Part shown: one piece after another, positions 37,703 to 50,880 of the stretch
Layout of the letters: the number at the start of each line of letters is the position of its first letter
Position numbering within the stretch: the stretch's first letter is position 1
NCBI GenBank assembly: GCA_951406725.2
Contig: OX597822.1
Coordinates: 77,500,001 to 77,564,000, forward strand
Direction of reading: 5' to 3'
Length of the DNA: 64,000 bases
Origin: Octopus vulgaris
Taxonomy: Eukaryota
Program-made: the position numbers and the translations under genes
The notes under the pieces: generated by a model
The model's input: only the letters and a program-made list of their open reading frames with translations
What the model was told of the DNA's origin: nothing
Database searches by the model: none

Positions 37703-38901
37703 TGTGTGTGTGTGTGCGCACAGGAAAAAGTGGTGGATATGGAGAGACTATGCATGCAGCACCAGCTGTTTGATGCAACAGGAAGTAAATTTCCAAAGAT
37801 TGCCTCAACATGGTACAGATATGGTCTCAGCATCTGGTACAGCTGGCATTCTTGCACAGCACATATTGGTTTGGTGGGTGGGGCGGACAGAGTGTAGAGT
37901 TGGTCATTATACTGATAGTAATGCTGCTGCTTGTGATGGTAGAGTTTTGTAGTGGCGTTGTCAATGATGGGGGTCGGGTAGAAGGGGTGTGTAGTGGTGG
38001 GGAATGTACTGCAGCTAGAAAGATGATGAATATAGTGATGAAGGGAAGAGCATTTAGGAAATTGCTGTAAATGCTTGTTGTGGTTAATGAAGGAGCTGAA
38101 GCCAACTGCATTTTATTTAAAGGTACAGGCATATCATCATCATCATCATCGTCATCATCATCATCATCATCATTTAACATCCGTTTTCCATGCTGGCATC
38201 GGTTGAATGGTTCATCTGTGGGTCTGGGAAGCCAGGAGGCTGCACCAGGCCCCAATCTGATCTGGCAGTGTTTCTACAGCTGGATGCCCTTTGTAATGCC
38301 AACCACTCCAAGAGTGTAGTAGGTGCTTTTTACGTGCCACCGGCACAGGGGCCAGGGAGTTGGCATCAACCACGATCAGATGGTGCTTTTTATATGCCAC
38401 TGGCATGGAAGCCAGTCAAAGCGGCACTAGCATCTGCTGCGTTCGGTTGGTGCTTTTTACGTGCTACCGGCACAGGAGTTCACAACTACAATTTCCATTT
38501 GATTTGATTTGATGTTAATGTACTTGACTCAATAGATCTCCTCAAGTACAGCATATCGTCCTACGATCCAAGGTACTTTTGAGTGGCATATATATATATA
38601 TATATATATATATCTATATATGCCTGACTGGCACCCGTACCAGTGACATGTAAAGAGCATCATTCGAGTATGGCTGATGCCAGTGTGGCACGTAAAAAGC
38701 ACCCACTACACTCTTGGAGTGGTTGGCATTAGGGAGGGCATCCAGTGGTAGAAGCTTTGCCAAATCAAATTGGAGCATGGTGCAACCTCCTGGCTTGCCA
38801 GTCCTCAGTCAAACCATCCAACCTATGCCAGCATGGAAAGTAGATATTAAACAACTATGATGATGATGATGATGATATATACATACATACATACACACAC
38901 A

Positions 38902-38948
<47 letters not shown>

Positions 38949-38951
<3 letters not shown>

Positions 38952-39180
38952 GGTGCTCAAAAAGTCTCTCTGCAGTGAATTTTTTCTCTCCAAAATGTAT
39001 GTTGAAACGTGTAGAAGAGTCAGCTTATGTATTGAAAATGAAGGACGACACTTTCAACACCTCTTATAAATTTTTTTAAAATTCTTGTAAAGTCTAATAT
39101 ATTCTTTTGTAGTCTTAAACCATCTTAGAAATATGTATTTTGCAATAAAATACTTACTGTGAAGAGACGTTTTGAACACC

Positions 39181-39183
<3 letters not shown>
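38949..39183 (+). mobile_element. Tc1/mariner-derived MITE in a (TA)n tract
   Basis: TIRs CAGGGTGCTCAAAA and TTTTGAACACCCTG flanked by TA; retains the transposase C-terminus RRVSLCIENEGRHFQHLL*. Confidence 0.88.
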
Positions 39184-39233
<50 letters not shown>

Positions 39234-39353
39234 CAACATCGTTTAACATCCACTTTCCATGCACATATATATATAATTATTATATATCAGCATGTTAGAC
39301 CACTGAACTCTACATGTTTTTTACCATTCTCTCTCTGTTTACTTCCTCTTATT

Positions 39354-39391
39354 CCTTTCTGTTGAAGAGCATAGGCTCGAAACATAAAAGG
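39354..39391 (+). ncRNA. Variant minimal hammerhead motif in a PLE pLTR fragment (about 39290-39480)
   Basis: CCTTT-CTGTTGA-A-GAGC-atag-GCTC-GAAAC-ATA-AAAGG; perfect stems I and II; homologue at 62196-62233 (-) has GAAAC-GTA. Confidence 0.6.
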
Positions 39392-39486
39392 CTTTTCCAT
39401 TTTTCCTGAGCGTCAAACTAATACACTTGCTTCTTGTTCCTATATTTCTCTTTGTCCTTTGTTTTTCTATAAATTTCATCTATATA

Positions 39487-39531
<45 letters not shown>

Positions 39532-39764
39532 TTTTTCTTAATAAGATAAAAAAACCAAGGCTGTGTAGATTTTAGAAATTTATAGATAGAAGGTCTTACT
39601 GCTGTTTCCAGGATATTTATTATATCACTTCATGTGAGAGGATGGTTATGAAATAGTTAATTTAGATAAGATATAAAATAGATATCTTTGGGTCTCAATG
39701 ACACCATTACTTCTCATAACCTATATATATATGTGTGTGTATATGTATATATGTATTATGTATA

Positions 39765-39831
<67 letters not shown>

Positions 39832-41265
39832 AAAATCATTATCATCATTTTTATTTAACATCCATCTTCCATGCTGGTGCATATACACACACAGAGGCTG
39901 CCCCATAAAATGTATACACATAAGTGATGATTATAAAGTCAGTCTTTATTAAGATATATTTCATTTTTCCAAACTTTAATAGAATCTATAGAGACAGAAT
40001 TTAATTATTTTATAAGAGCTTGTTTTGATTTGTGCTCATATACACAGTTGAATTTACAGACATATCTATCATCATTATCATCTAATGTAGTTTTCCATGC
40101 TGGCATGAGTTCGACAGTTTGACAGGAGCTGGCAAACCAGAGGACTGCATCAAGCTCAACTATTGGCTTCGGCATGGTTTCTACAACCGGATGCCTTTCC
40201 TTATGCTAACCACTTTACAAAGTGTACCAGGTGCATTTTATGTGACAGCAGCAAAATTCTTTAACTGAGGTGTGGGTGGGGGTAGTATTGAAGGAGGGGG
40301 CCCTTGCACCAGATGATGAGAAGTAAAACTATGATATGGGGACAGAAACAGGTGTCTTGCTGTGGAAGAGATACATGGTTACCCCAGTTGGTGAAAGAGA
40401 GAGAGAGAAAAAAATAGAGCATGGTGTGATGTGCCTAGGCATACCCTCAATGTAAGATAAAGTAAAGTTACCTTCTTGTGTCATACCAACATACAGGGGC
40501 TGGCTCCCCTGGTTTCCTGGCATATTCCCCACCTGACTTGTCGCAGGATTACTCATTTTCTCCAGTTGAGTGAACTGGAGTAATATGAAATGAAGTGTTT
40601 TGTAGTAAAAATTGTTTGCCAACATAACATGGCAGTCTTGGTTTAGGACTAATGTTGCTGTAATTTACCCCCAGGAGACATCATCTCCAGCTGGCTATAT
40701 GACACGATCTGTGTTCTTATATTTTCAAACAAAGGAATCTAGCACCCCCACTCAGCTCAAAACAATATCTGTGTATCATGATTTCTGGGTTATTTCTCTT
40801 CATCAGCACAGAAATCGCCATACACAGATATTTTTCAGTTGGTTTTTCAGTTGTCAAGCTGTGGTGGGGGTCAGACACAGATACAAAGACACGCACTGAT
40901 AGATCTCTCTCCTAGCGGTTGAGGGAACCTGAGGAAGAGGTAGACCTAGGAAGACCTGGGATGAGTTGGTTTCAATGACGAGAAGGCCTTGCTATCAGCA
41001 ACCATCTCACAGATTGTACTGGGCATGATTTCTTGTGGCGCCAGCTCAGTTACCTAAGATGTATAGACCAAGGAGGGGAATAGGAGAGAAAGCAATGGTA
41101 GTAGGATGGCAGGAAATGGGTAGGGGAAGAGGTGGGAGTGTAAGCACAGAGATTACTTGATAAACTAGGGAGTGTGCTCAGGTGGCTTAGAAGGGGCATA
41201 AGAGAAAGAGTGAGAGGTGGTGGAGTATCAATCCCAGTATTTGGTACTGGTTTACTTCTTGACTG

Positions 41266-41760
41266 TGTGAAAGTGCATGGCTTAGTGGTCAGGGGTATTC
41301 AGCTCATGATCATAAGGTTTTGAGTTCAATTCCTGGCGACACATTGTGTTCTTAAGCAAGATACTTTATTTCGTGCTTCTCCAGTCCACTCAGCTGGTAA
41401 AAATGAGTTGAACCCGTAATTTAAAGGGCCAGCCTTGTCACATTCTGTTTCATTTTGAATCTCTTTGAGGACTACATTGAAATCGGCCATATCTGGCCTA
41501 AAATATTCTAACCAGCCAGATCTGGCCTCTCACACTTACCTTACAATGTCATTCTAAAAGTAATTAATCACATCATTTGAAATCTTGAAGCTACAAGATA
41601 ATACATGCTTAATTCCAAACAATGTGAGTAAATAAGGACATTATTTGATAAAGTACTCTGAATGGTAAAGAGTTAAGGGTATATATGTCTGTAGAGTACT
41701 CAATCACTTACTCATAATTTTCCTGAGCAGTCTGTTCTGTTGGATCCCTGATTATAACTG
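41266..41760 (+). mobile_element. SINE family B with an inverted TTAA-MITE insertion (41477-41676)
   Basis: Insert is the reverse complement of part of 9372-9779 and ends AAAGAGTTAA|GGGTA. Confidence 0.75.
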
Positions 41761-41889
41761 ACAGATTACCAATTATTTGTTGACCCTCAAAAGGATGGAA
41801 GGTAATCTTGGCCTGAATAGGATTTGAAATCAGAGTTTAGAGATCTGAAACAAATAACACAAGGCATTCTATTTGATGCTCTACCATTT

Positions 41890-42450
41890 CTTATTTCTTT
41901 ATTGATCACAAGGGGCTAAACACAGAAGGGGAAAACAAGGACAGACAGGTTGGTGTAATAAGTCGATTACACCAACCCCAGTGCATAACTGGTATTTAAT
42001 TTATCGACCATGGAAGGATGAAAGGCAATGTCGACCTCAGCGGAATTTGAACTCAGAACGTAACGGCAGACGAAATACCGCTTAGCATTTCACCCAGCAT
42101 GCTAACATTTCTAATTTCTTTATTGCCCACAAGGGGCTAAACATAGAGGACAGACAAAGGGATTAAGTCGATGACATCGACCCCAGTGCGTAACTGGTAC
42201 TTAATTTATCAACCCCGGAAGGATGAAAGGCAAAGTTGACCTTGGTGGAATTTGAACTCAGAATGTAATGGCAGACGAAATACCACTGAACACTTCGCCC
42301 GGTGTGCTAACATTTCTGCAAACTTGCCGCCTTCCCGAAGGGGTGAAAGGCAAAGTCGACCTCAGTGGAATTTGAAATGAGAACGTACGTAACGGCAGAC
42401 AAAATACCTCTAAGCATTTCACCCGGCGTGCTAACGTTTCTGCCAATTCA
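41890..42450 (-). mobile_element. Tandem cluster of three SINE family C copies
   Basis: Repeated GGAATTTGAACTCAGAA...GGCAGACGAAATACC blocks. Confidence 0.85.
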
Positions 42451-44806
42451 CAGACTCTGATATAGATGGATGACTGAGAGGAAACAGCAAGACAGCTGTC
42501 TTATACTGCAGATGGCTACAGGTGGCCATGTAATGAATCAAGTAGACACACAGGTGAATTAGACTGTGATGAACAAAAGAGTTTAATTAATGGTTTGTAT
42601 AGAGAAAGGTAATCAATAGCATGTTTATATATGGTCAGATGTTCACGTTGACAAGTATACACACACATTTGTTCAACTGTGCATACACACATAAATGCAC
42701 GCATACGTACACATTCATGAACGTACACTTGTACTTGTACCCATTTATACACACACATGTATGCATATGTATATATACACACATGCATGTACTTATATAT
42801 AAACATGAAAACACAGAGCCATACATGCCCACTTGTGCATATATAGTTATATGTACATGTATACACACATACATGCATACATAGATATATATGTTTGTAC
42901 ACATGTATGCACACACACACACACACCACACATGCTTAACATATGCTTGAGTTCAAACACACAGATATGCACAGCAACAAGTGCATGGTGACGTCACCAT
43001 ACACACATACATATGAAAGAATACACATGCACAGGCACACCCATAGACACACATACATACATAGAACATGGATGCATGCATACGCATAAACAGACAAGCA
43101 TATATGCAAAAGCATACACACATGCACACACAATTATCATTTACCGTCTGTTTTCCATGCTGGCATGGGTCGGACAGTTTCACAGGAGCTGGTAAGCCAG
43201 AGGACTGTGCCAAGCACCACTGTCTGTTTTGGTACACACACACACACAGACTCTTGTACAATACATATATGCATACACACATGTAAATACATTCAAATAT
43301 GGAAGTGTTTATGCAGATATACAAATAGATGAATGCACCTATACAAATACATTTGTATGTGTGCATATATGCACGCACATATGCACCGGCATTCAGACAG
43401 AGAGATACTAATTAATGCATAGATTCATAGGAATTCAGGCTCTTGAACCATACATAGACACATATACTCTCTCAAACTGGTATGTAATTCACTCAAGTAA
43501 ACTCATATTCACATCATCATCATCATCGTCATCAAGTCTGTTTTCCATGGATTGGATGGTTCGACAGGAACAAACAAACCAGAGGACTGTACTGAGATCC
43601 ATTGTCTTCTTTGGCATGGTTTCTGCTGTTAGATGTCCTTCCTAATGCCACACTTACAAGACAAAAACAAAAAAACACTCACCTGCATGCATATAAGTAA
43701 ACAAATACACACACTCACACACACACACAAATATGTGTGTGTCTTTAGATAGATAGATAGATAAATATGTGTGTATCTTTGTTATATGTATAGAGTTATA
43801 AATTGTAAAACATAACTGTCACCACTACTATATGAACCTGAAGATTGCATAGTTCAATCAGAATGGACATTTAATATTCTATCATTTCATTATATTATAT
43901 TATCTTATATTATATTATTATAAGATTGTAAATAAAACATGAAAAATCAGTCGGAATTTCTTTGAGTAATATATATGTGTGTATATGTATATATATATAT
44001 ATATAAGGTTAGTGGAGTTAGAGGTTGGAATAACCATCTGAGGGATAAAAATATCTGTTATACTACCAGTATAATTACCTATGTTAACCCTGGACATACA
44101 TATGCAAGCACATTATGCTCATACAGGTGATGGCAAAGATAAACAGTTTATCAGGAATCAAATTTAAAGTAAACAGAAAATGGAGAAATATTTCTCCATT
44201 TTCTGTTTACTTTATATATATATATATTATGGAGATGTACTTGCATAGCAAGTGACCTGATCTGAGATCTTGTGCTGAAACAAACAATTGCAGCGTGGAA
44301 GGTGTCTATAAGCCATTTAAAAATACACAAAAACCATTAGATTCACTTCAACATTTAAATTGCCAAAATATTTTGTTATACATATATATAACAGCATGAA
44401 GAAGAATGGAGAAATCAAATCTTTATTTAGTTATTGCACCATAGAATACCAATGACCGTTTTTGTTGTGCCAGCATATTTAGATTTATAAAAATATACAA
44501 AATACCTATCATTTGAATATATCTGAAAATTTATTCTAACACAATATTATCTAAGTAATCCAAAATGGCTTAAATTTTAAGTGAACTGAAATGATATTTA
44601 TAATATATGAATGCTTACGAAAAGAACACTATAAAGAAGTGTAATATCCTAAGAAAAGCCAATCTAGCATTTAGACTTATGTTGATATCAGTAGACGACG
44701 ACTCTGAAATTCTATGTTGTGACATTTAGTTATCTATTTGTTTATGCTAAATCAATTATAAAAATATGCTTATTTGATTGTAGGGAAAGCAATTATAATG
44801 AAGATG

Positions 44807-45205
44807 TTATTTACTATTCAAATATTTAAATGCTTTTCTGTACCTGTGGGAACATTTCAATGTAAGATTAGTTCTACAATTCAGTAATTTTAATTTTGAA
44901 GTAATTATATAATGCATTTCCTCAAGGCAAAGATAACATTTAAAATTACCGGTATTGTATGTTGGATTGTAACTGATAATGAACCATATCATAATTAATG
45001 TTCCTGTCTTTCAAATTCCCAATGCATTTATTAAGATTCATAGAATTATATTTTCTCCCAAACTTGAATGAAGACAAATGATTATGTATCCTAGATTTCC
45101 AAATTGTTGTGGAAGAGCCTATGTAATAATGCTACAATCCCCTTCATTTACCATACATTGATATATTCTTCCTTAAACACTGGTTTTCAAAGGACACAAG
45201 TTTGT
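44807..45205 (-). pseudogene. Penelope-like element GIY-YIG endonuclease remnant
   Basis: CPL...QCLRKNI...YYIGSSTTIWKSRIHNHLSSFK and KCYLCLEEMHYII...LLNCRTNLTLKCSH match the PLE endonuclease pattern YIG...FK.R..NH..SF...C.LCL.EK..I...LLN.R.E....C.H; frameshifted. Confidence 0.8.
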
Positions 45206-47640
45206 TTCTGAAAAGCTGTTTGAATGACAATGAAAAAATTAAATAAAAGTAGGTGCAGACATGGCTGTGTGGTTAGGAAGCCCACTTTGCAACCAGATGT
45301 TTTCAGGTTCAGTTCTAATATGCCTCATGAGTGTTTTTGGTAAATGGAAACTGTGTGGTGTCCTGTCAAATATATTTATGTGTGTGTCTTTGTGTGTGTT
45401 TTTGTGTTTGTATTTGTCCATCTGCCACTCACCACTTGACAACTAACTGTAGTTTGTTTATGTCCTCATGACCTGGTGGTTCAGCAAAAGAGACTGATGC
45501 AATAAGTATCAGACTTAGTCCTGGAGTCGATACATTCAACTTCAAGGCTGTGCTCCAGCATGGCCACAGAAACAAGTAGAAAAGATAAAGGATAGAATAC
45601 AAAAAAAAATGAGCAAAAGAATTAAAGAAAGAAAACAGAAGAGGAAGCTGTCTAGAGTTACTAGGTTTCTCTACTATTGACCAATGAAGACCGTGAGTTC
45701 AATTCCCAGTGGTGCACTCTGACCTTGAGCAAGACACTTTATTTCGCTTTGCTCCAGTCCGCTCAGCTGGCAAAAATGAGTTGTATCTGTAATTACAAAG
45801 AGGCCAGCCTTGTCACATTCTGTGTAATGTTGAATCTCCCTAAGAATTACATTAAGGATATGTGTGTCTGTGAGTACTCAGCCACTTTCGTGTTAATTTC
45901 ACAAGCTGGTTGTTCCATTGATCAGATCAAATGGAACTCTCGTTGTAACCAACAGAGTGCCAGAGGATCAATGAAGGAAGTGACTTCAGTCACATGGCAC
46001 ACATATCTCTGCAAGAATCATACTACACCTCCCGAATACCTGGAACCAGGGAAGTGGTAGTATTTTAATATTTTGTTGCTGTAAATGAGTGATACCCCAA
46101 CTGCTTCTAAGAAAGGTCTGGCATCTGTGACAGTAATCAATGAAGTTCATGATTGACTATGCAGCACTTGTAGAACTGCAAAAACTGAACATGCTTCCAG
46201 TATGATCAAAGAACCATGCACACACAAACTTGTTACAGGACATGGATGACTGTGGAGTGCTCAGCCACTTAAACTATCCACACACAAATTCACTATCTTG
46301 GAAATATATATCTACATATATAGAAATGAAATGATTTTGGTTTTGTAGAATAATACATTGGTAATAATTATACGGTTAGTTAGAAGAAATGAGGGAATTG
46401 TTCTTTAGTTTATTTATTATACTGATACAGAAAGTCTTCAAATCTTACAAGGAAATTACATGAAATAAAAGATAGTACAACAAAACATAGAATGATTAAG
46501 TTATTACATTTAAGAATTATTTTGCCTAGCACTTAAATATGCTCATGCCTCTTTTCTACTCAAGGTACAAGGCCCGAAGTTTTTGGGGAGGGGGACAGTC
46601 AATTAGATCGATCCCAGTACGCAACTGGTACTTAATTTATTGACCCTGAAAGGACAAAAGGCAAAGTCGACCTCGGCAGAATTTGAACTTACCCACCGAA
46701 GTCAACTTTGCCTTTCTTTCTTTCGGATAAGTATTGTTATTACAAATATACATGCTCACACATATACCATTATCACCATCATTTAATGTCCATTTTCTAT
46801 GCTGGTATGGGTTGGACAGATTGACAGGAGTTGGCAAGCCAGAAAACTACCAGGAGCTGTTAGCTTTCATATAGTTTCAATAGCTGGATGCCCTTTCTAA
46901 AGCCTTCCACTTCACAGAGCATACTGGGTGCATTTTTACAATGCATCAGCATTAGCAGTATTTTGATAGATAGGTAGATCCAAGAGCAGAATAAAACAGG
47001 GTATTTGGTATGACCAGCCTTAATTGGTAGTCGAACCTTATTGCGTTCTCCTCAGCGGCGCCTACATCACTTGACCAATCCTAAGTAAGAAACCAATTTA
47101 GTTGTATAAACAACAGATCCAGTAGTTTCAAAGAAATGGATTGACAAATTTGCATACCATAATTACTCAACACTTTAGTAGTTAAGAGTGGGAGGTTTAT
47201 TATTTCTTATTTTATTTTATTGATGAGATAAAGAAAGGAGGTGAGGGGAAACTGGTTATAAGTGGAGTCAAGATGTCTGGGGAATAGAAGAAATTCAACA
47301 CCTAAATCATCTTAGATCAAAGAAAATTTCAAGTTAACGAGGAACAGCTAAGTGTTTAGTGGCAGATAAAAGGGCTGACAGTACATTACTTGTTAATTCC
47401 TACACACATCAATATGTGCACATACATACATACATACATACATATATATGTATTTATGTATACCTATGTATATATATTTGTATATATATATATGTGTGTG
47501 TATGTGTATATATACACACACACATATATTTCTATACTTATATATACACATATATATATATTTATACTCACATATATATATACCCCCACACACACACACA
47601 CATATATATATATATGCGCACATACATATACATATATACA

Positions 47641-47697
<57 letters not shown>

Positions 47698-47869
47698 GTA
47701 TGTATGTATGTCTGCTCATACATTAATGCATAAATCTATGCACATGTGCTCATACCTAAACGTATACACACATGCAGACTCATATACATTCACTCATTTG
47801 CAAATAGATGTGCACATTATCACAGTTACTATCATCACTATGAGAATTGACATCATCAGCATTATCAGC

Positions 47870-48475
47870 AGGAAGCCGATAGAACCGTTAGCATGCTGGG
47901 TTTTCTGTCTTTAGGTTCTGAGTTCAAATTCCACCAAGGTTGACTTTGCCTTTCATCCTTTCATGGTCGATAAATTAAGTACCAGTTGCATACTGGAGTC
48001 GAATTTCAGGCCTTGTGCCTAGAGTAGAAAAGAATATTATATAAAATACAAGGCTGGCAGAAACATTAGCATGTCGAGCAAAATGCTTAGCAGTATTTCG
48101 TCTGCCGTTATCTTCTTGGTCCAAATTCTGCTGAGATTGACTTTGCCTTTCATCCTTTTGAAATCAAGAAATTAAGTACCAGTTGCATACTGGGGTCGAT
48201 CTAATTGACTGGCCCCCTCCTGCAAAATTTCAGTCCTTGTGCCTATAACAGAAAGGACTATTATCTAAGGCGGCGAGCTGGCAGAAACATTAGCACGCCA
48301 GGTGAAATGCTTAGCAGTATTTCGTCTGCCTTTACATTCAGAGTTCAAATTCCGCTGAGGTTAGCTTTGCCTTTCATCCTTTCAGGGTCGATAAATTAAG
48401 TTCTAGTTGTGTACTGGGGTTAATCTAATCAACTGGGCCCCTCCCCAAAAATTTCGGGCCTTGCACCTAGAGTAG
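47870..48475 (+). mobile_element. Tandem cluster of three SINE family C copies
   Basis: Three consecutive head plus Meta-like domain units. Confidence 0.85.
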
Positions 48476-48887
48476 TAAAAGAAAGAATATTATCAACATT
48501 CTCAACAGCACTGTCGTTATCTTGATGACTGTTTTCATAATCACTATCAACATTATCGTGACCAGCTTCATAATGACTGCCATCATCATCACTAGCAGCA
48601 TCAATGTAATGACCTATTACTGTCTTTTACTTGTTTTGGTCATTGGACTGTGCCCATGCTGGAGCAATAACATCAAAGATTTAGTCAAGCAAGTTGACCC
48701 CAGTACTTATTACTTCTGCCTTAGCAAAAGTGGTGTTGTTTTCAGTTGTGTTTGTTTGTTTGTGGGCAAGATATCTCAAGAATTGTTGGATGTAGTATTG
48801 TGCTAAGTATTGTAAAAATAAACGGTATTTGTACATTTATATTTTTTAGCATGATTTTTTTCTCTAGGTACATAGAGGATTTGGTCC

Positions 48888-49130
48888 TGGCACCATGTAA
48901 AAAGCACTGGTGCTGGTGCCACATTAAAAGCACCAGTAATGGTGCCATGTAAAAATCACCAGTGCTGGTGTCACATAAAAAGCACCTGTAATAGTTCCAT
49001 GTAAAAAGCACCAGTGCTGGTACCACATTAAAGGTACCAGCGATGGTGCCATGTAAAAAGCACCGGTGCTGATGTCAAATTAAAAGCACCAGCGATGGTG
49101 CTTTTAATGGTGCTGGTACCACATAAAAAG
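48888..49130 (+). repeat. About 27-bp tandem repeat (TAAAAAGCACCAGTGCTGGTGCCACAT), roughly 9 copies, within family D element
   Basis: Directly visible; each unit holds a GCACCAG/CTGGTGC inverted repeat. Confidence 0.8.
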
Positions 49131-49554
49131 CTCTCAGTAAAGTCTATAAAGTGGTTGGCATTAGGAAGGGCTTCCAGTCACAGAAAAAAAGCCAAAACAG
49201 ATGACTTGAGCCTGGTGCAGCCCCTGGCCTTACTGGCTCCTGTCAAACCATGCATTCCATAGCAGCATGGACAGCAAACATTAAATGATGATGATAGTTG
49301 CCATGGCAACCTGTAGCTCCTGAAAGTGCAGTGATTTGTACAATTGGTGTCTTCTTGTCTACCAGTCTCTGACATCCTTGAGTTCTTGCAGATTTGGAAA
49401 TCAGCCAAATAATTGTTTTGTAGCTGGCTATAATTTTGGAAAATGGAGCAGTGCTTTCGGCATGGAACTGTATTCCAAGTGGAATGGAAATTGGTCTACC
49501 AAACTTGCCTGAAGTGTTGTCCCCGTTGCCATATGTACTTTCCTGAAGCTCCAT

Positions 49555-50880
49555 TCATCATCACTGTCAGTGTTGCTGACATCTGTGTCATCATCACCAC
49601 CATCATCGTCATCATCATCATCATCATCATCATCACCGTTGCCATCCTCCCCCTCCTCATCATCATCACCATCATCACCTTCACCATCATGATCATTGCC
49701 ATCTTCCTCCTCATCATCACCACCACCATCATCATCATTATCATCATCATCACCATTGTGGCCATCATCATAACCATCGCTGTCATCATCATCACCATCG
49801 CCATCATCATCATCCTCATCATCACCACCACCACCATCATCATCATCCTCCTCATCATCATTACCATCATCTTCCTCCTCATCATCATCCTCCTTCTCAT
49901 CATCATCACCATTTTTGCCATCACCATCTTCATCCTCGTCCTCCTCATCACTAATTCTCAGCATTATTGTTATCATAATCATTGAAATCAGTTTCTTGAT
50001 CTTTGTCCTTATATTTTCTCAATCCAGCCACCACCACCACCATCACCACTCTCCCCATCATCATCATCATTATTGCTAATTCTCAAGTTCTATTGTCATC
50101 AATGCCATTTCATCATCATCATCATCATCACAATCACACTACCATCATTAAAATTAATACCATGATCCTTTATCTGTTCTAATCTTAACCATCACCACTA
50201 CCACAACTACCCTCCCCTCCGCATCAATTGGCAAATAATGTTGCCGCCACCACTGACTCTACCACCACCACCACCATTGATGTAATCAATATTATGATCC
50301 TTATCTCTTCCCATCCTAATTATTACCACTACCACCATCACTGCCACCGGCACCACCACTGCCGCCGTCACCACCATCATCATCAACATCATTGTCATCA
50401 TCGTCAGCAATCACTACTATGATCAACTTCAAAATTATTGTGTCCCTCTCACCACCACCACCACCACCACCATTACCATTGTAATCAATACTTTGAGCCT
50501 TATCTATTCTCACCCCCAATAGGCACTGTCAGCATCACCACAACCGTAGCCTCTGCCACCGCCACCATCATCATCCTTATCTTCATCATCATCATCATCG
50601 CCATTGTAATCAATATGATCACAATCCTTATATCTCTTATATCACCATGCCACTTTCACCACCACCATCTCCACCCATACCACCATCCTCATCATCACAG
50701 CCTCCACCACCACCACTACCACCTCCGCCATCTTCATTGTAATCATAATTAATATTATGCTGATCCTTATCTCCTCACCCCACTGCCGTCATTATCACTA
50801 TCACTTCCACCACCATCACCCATCACCACCACTATTGATGTCACTACCACCACCACCACCACCACCCACCACCATCATTC
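49555..50880. repeat. Long (CAT/CAC/CCT)n degenerate trinucleotide tract
   Basis: Directly visible; explains the poly-D/E, poly-I, poly-M and poly-H ORFs. Confidence 0.9.

Noticed and set aside
49428-49985. Acidic Asp/Glu-rich (aspein-like) protein
   Set aside because: Overlaps a (CAT)n tract open in multiple frames and continuing for more than 1 kb with stops; similar tracts occur throughout the window.
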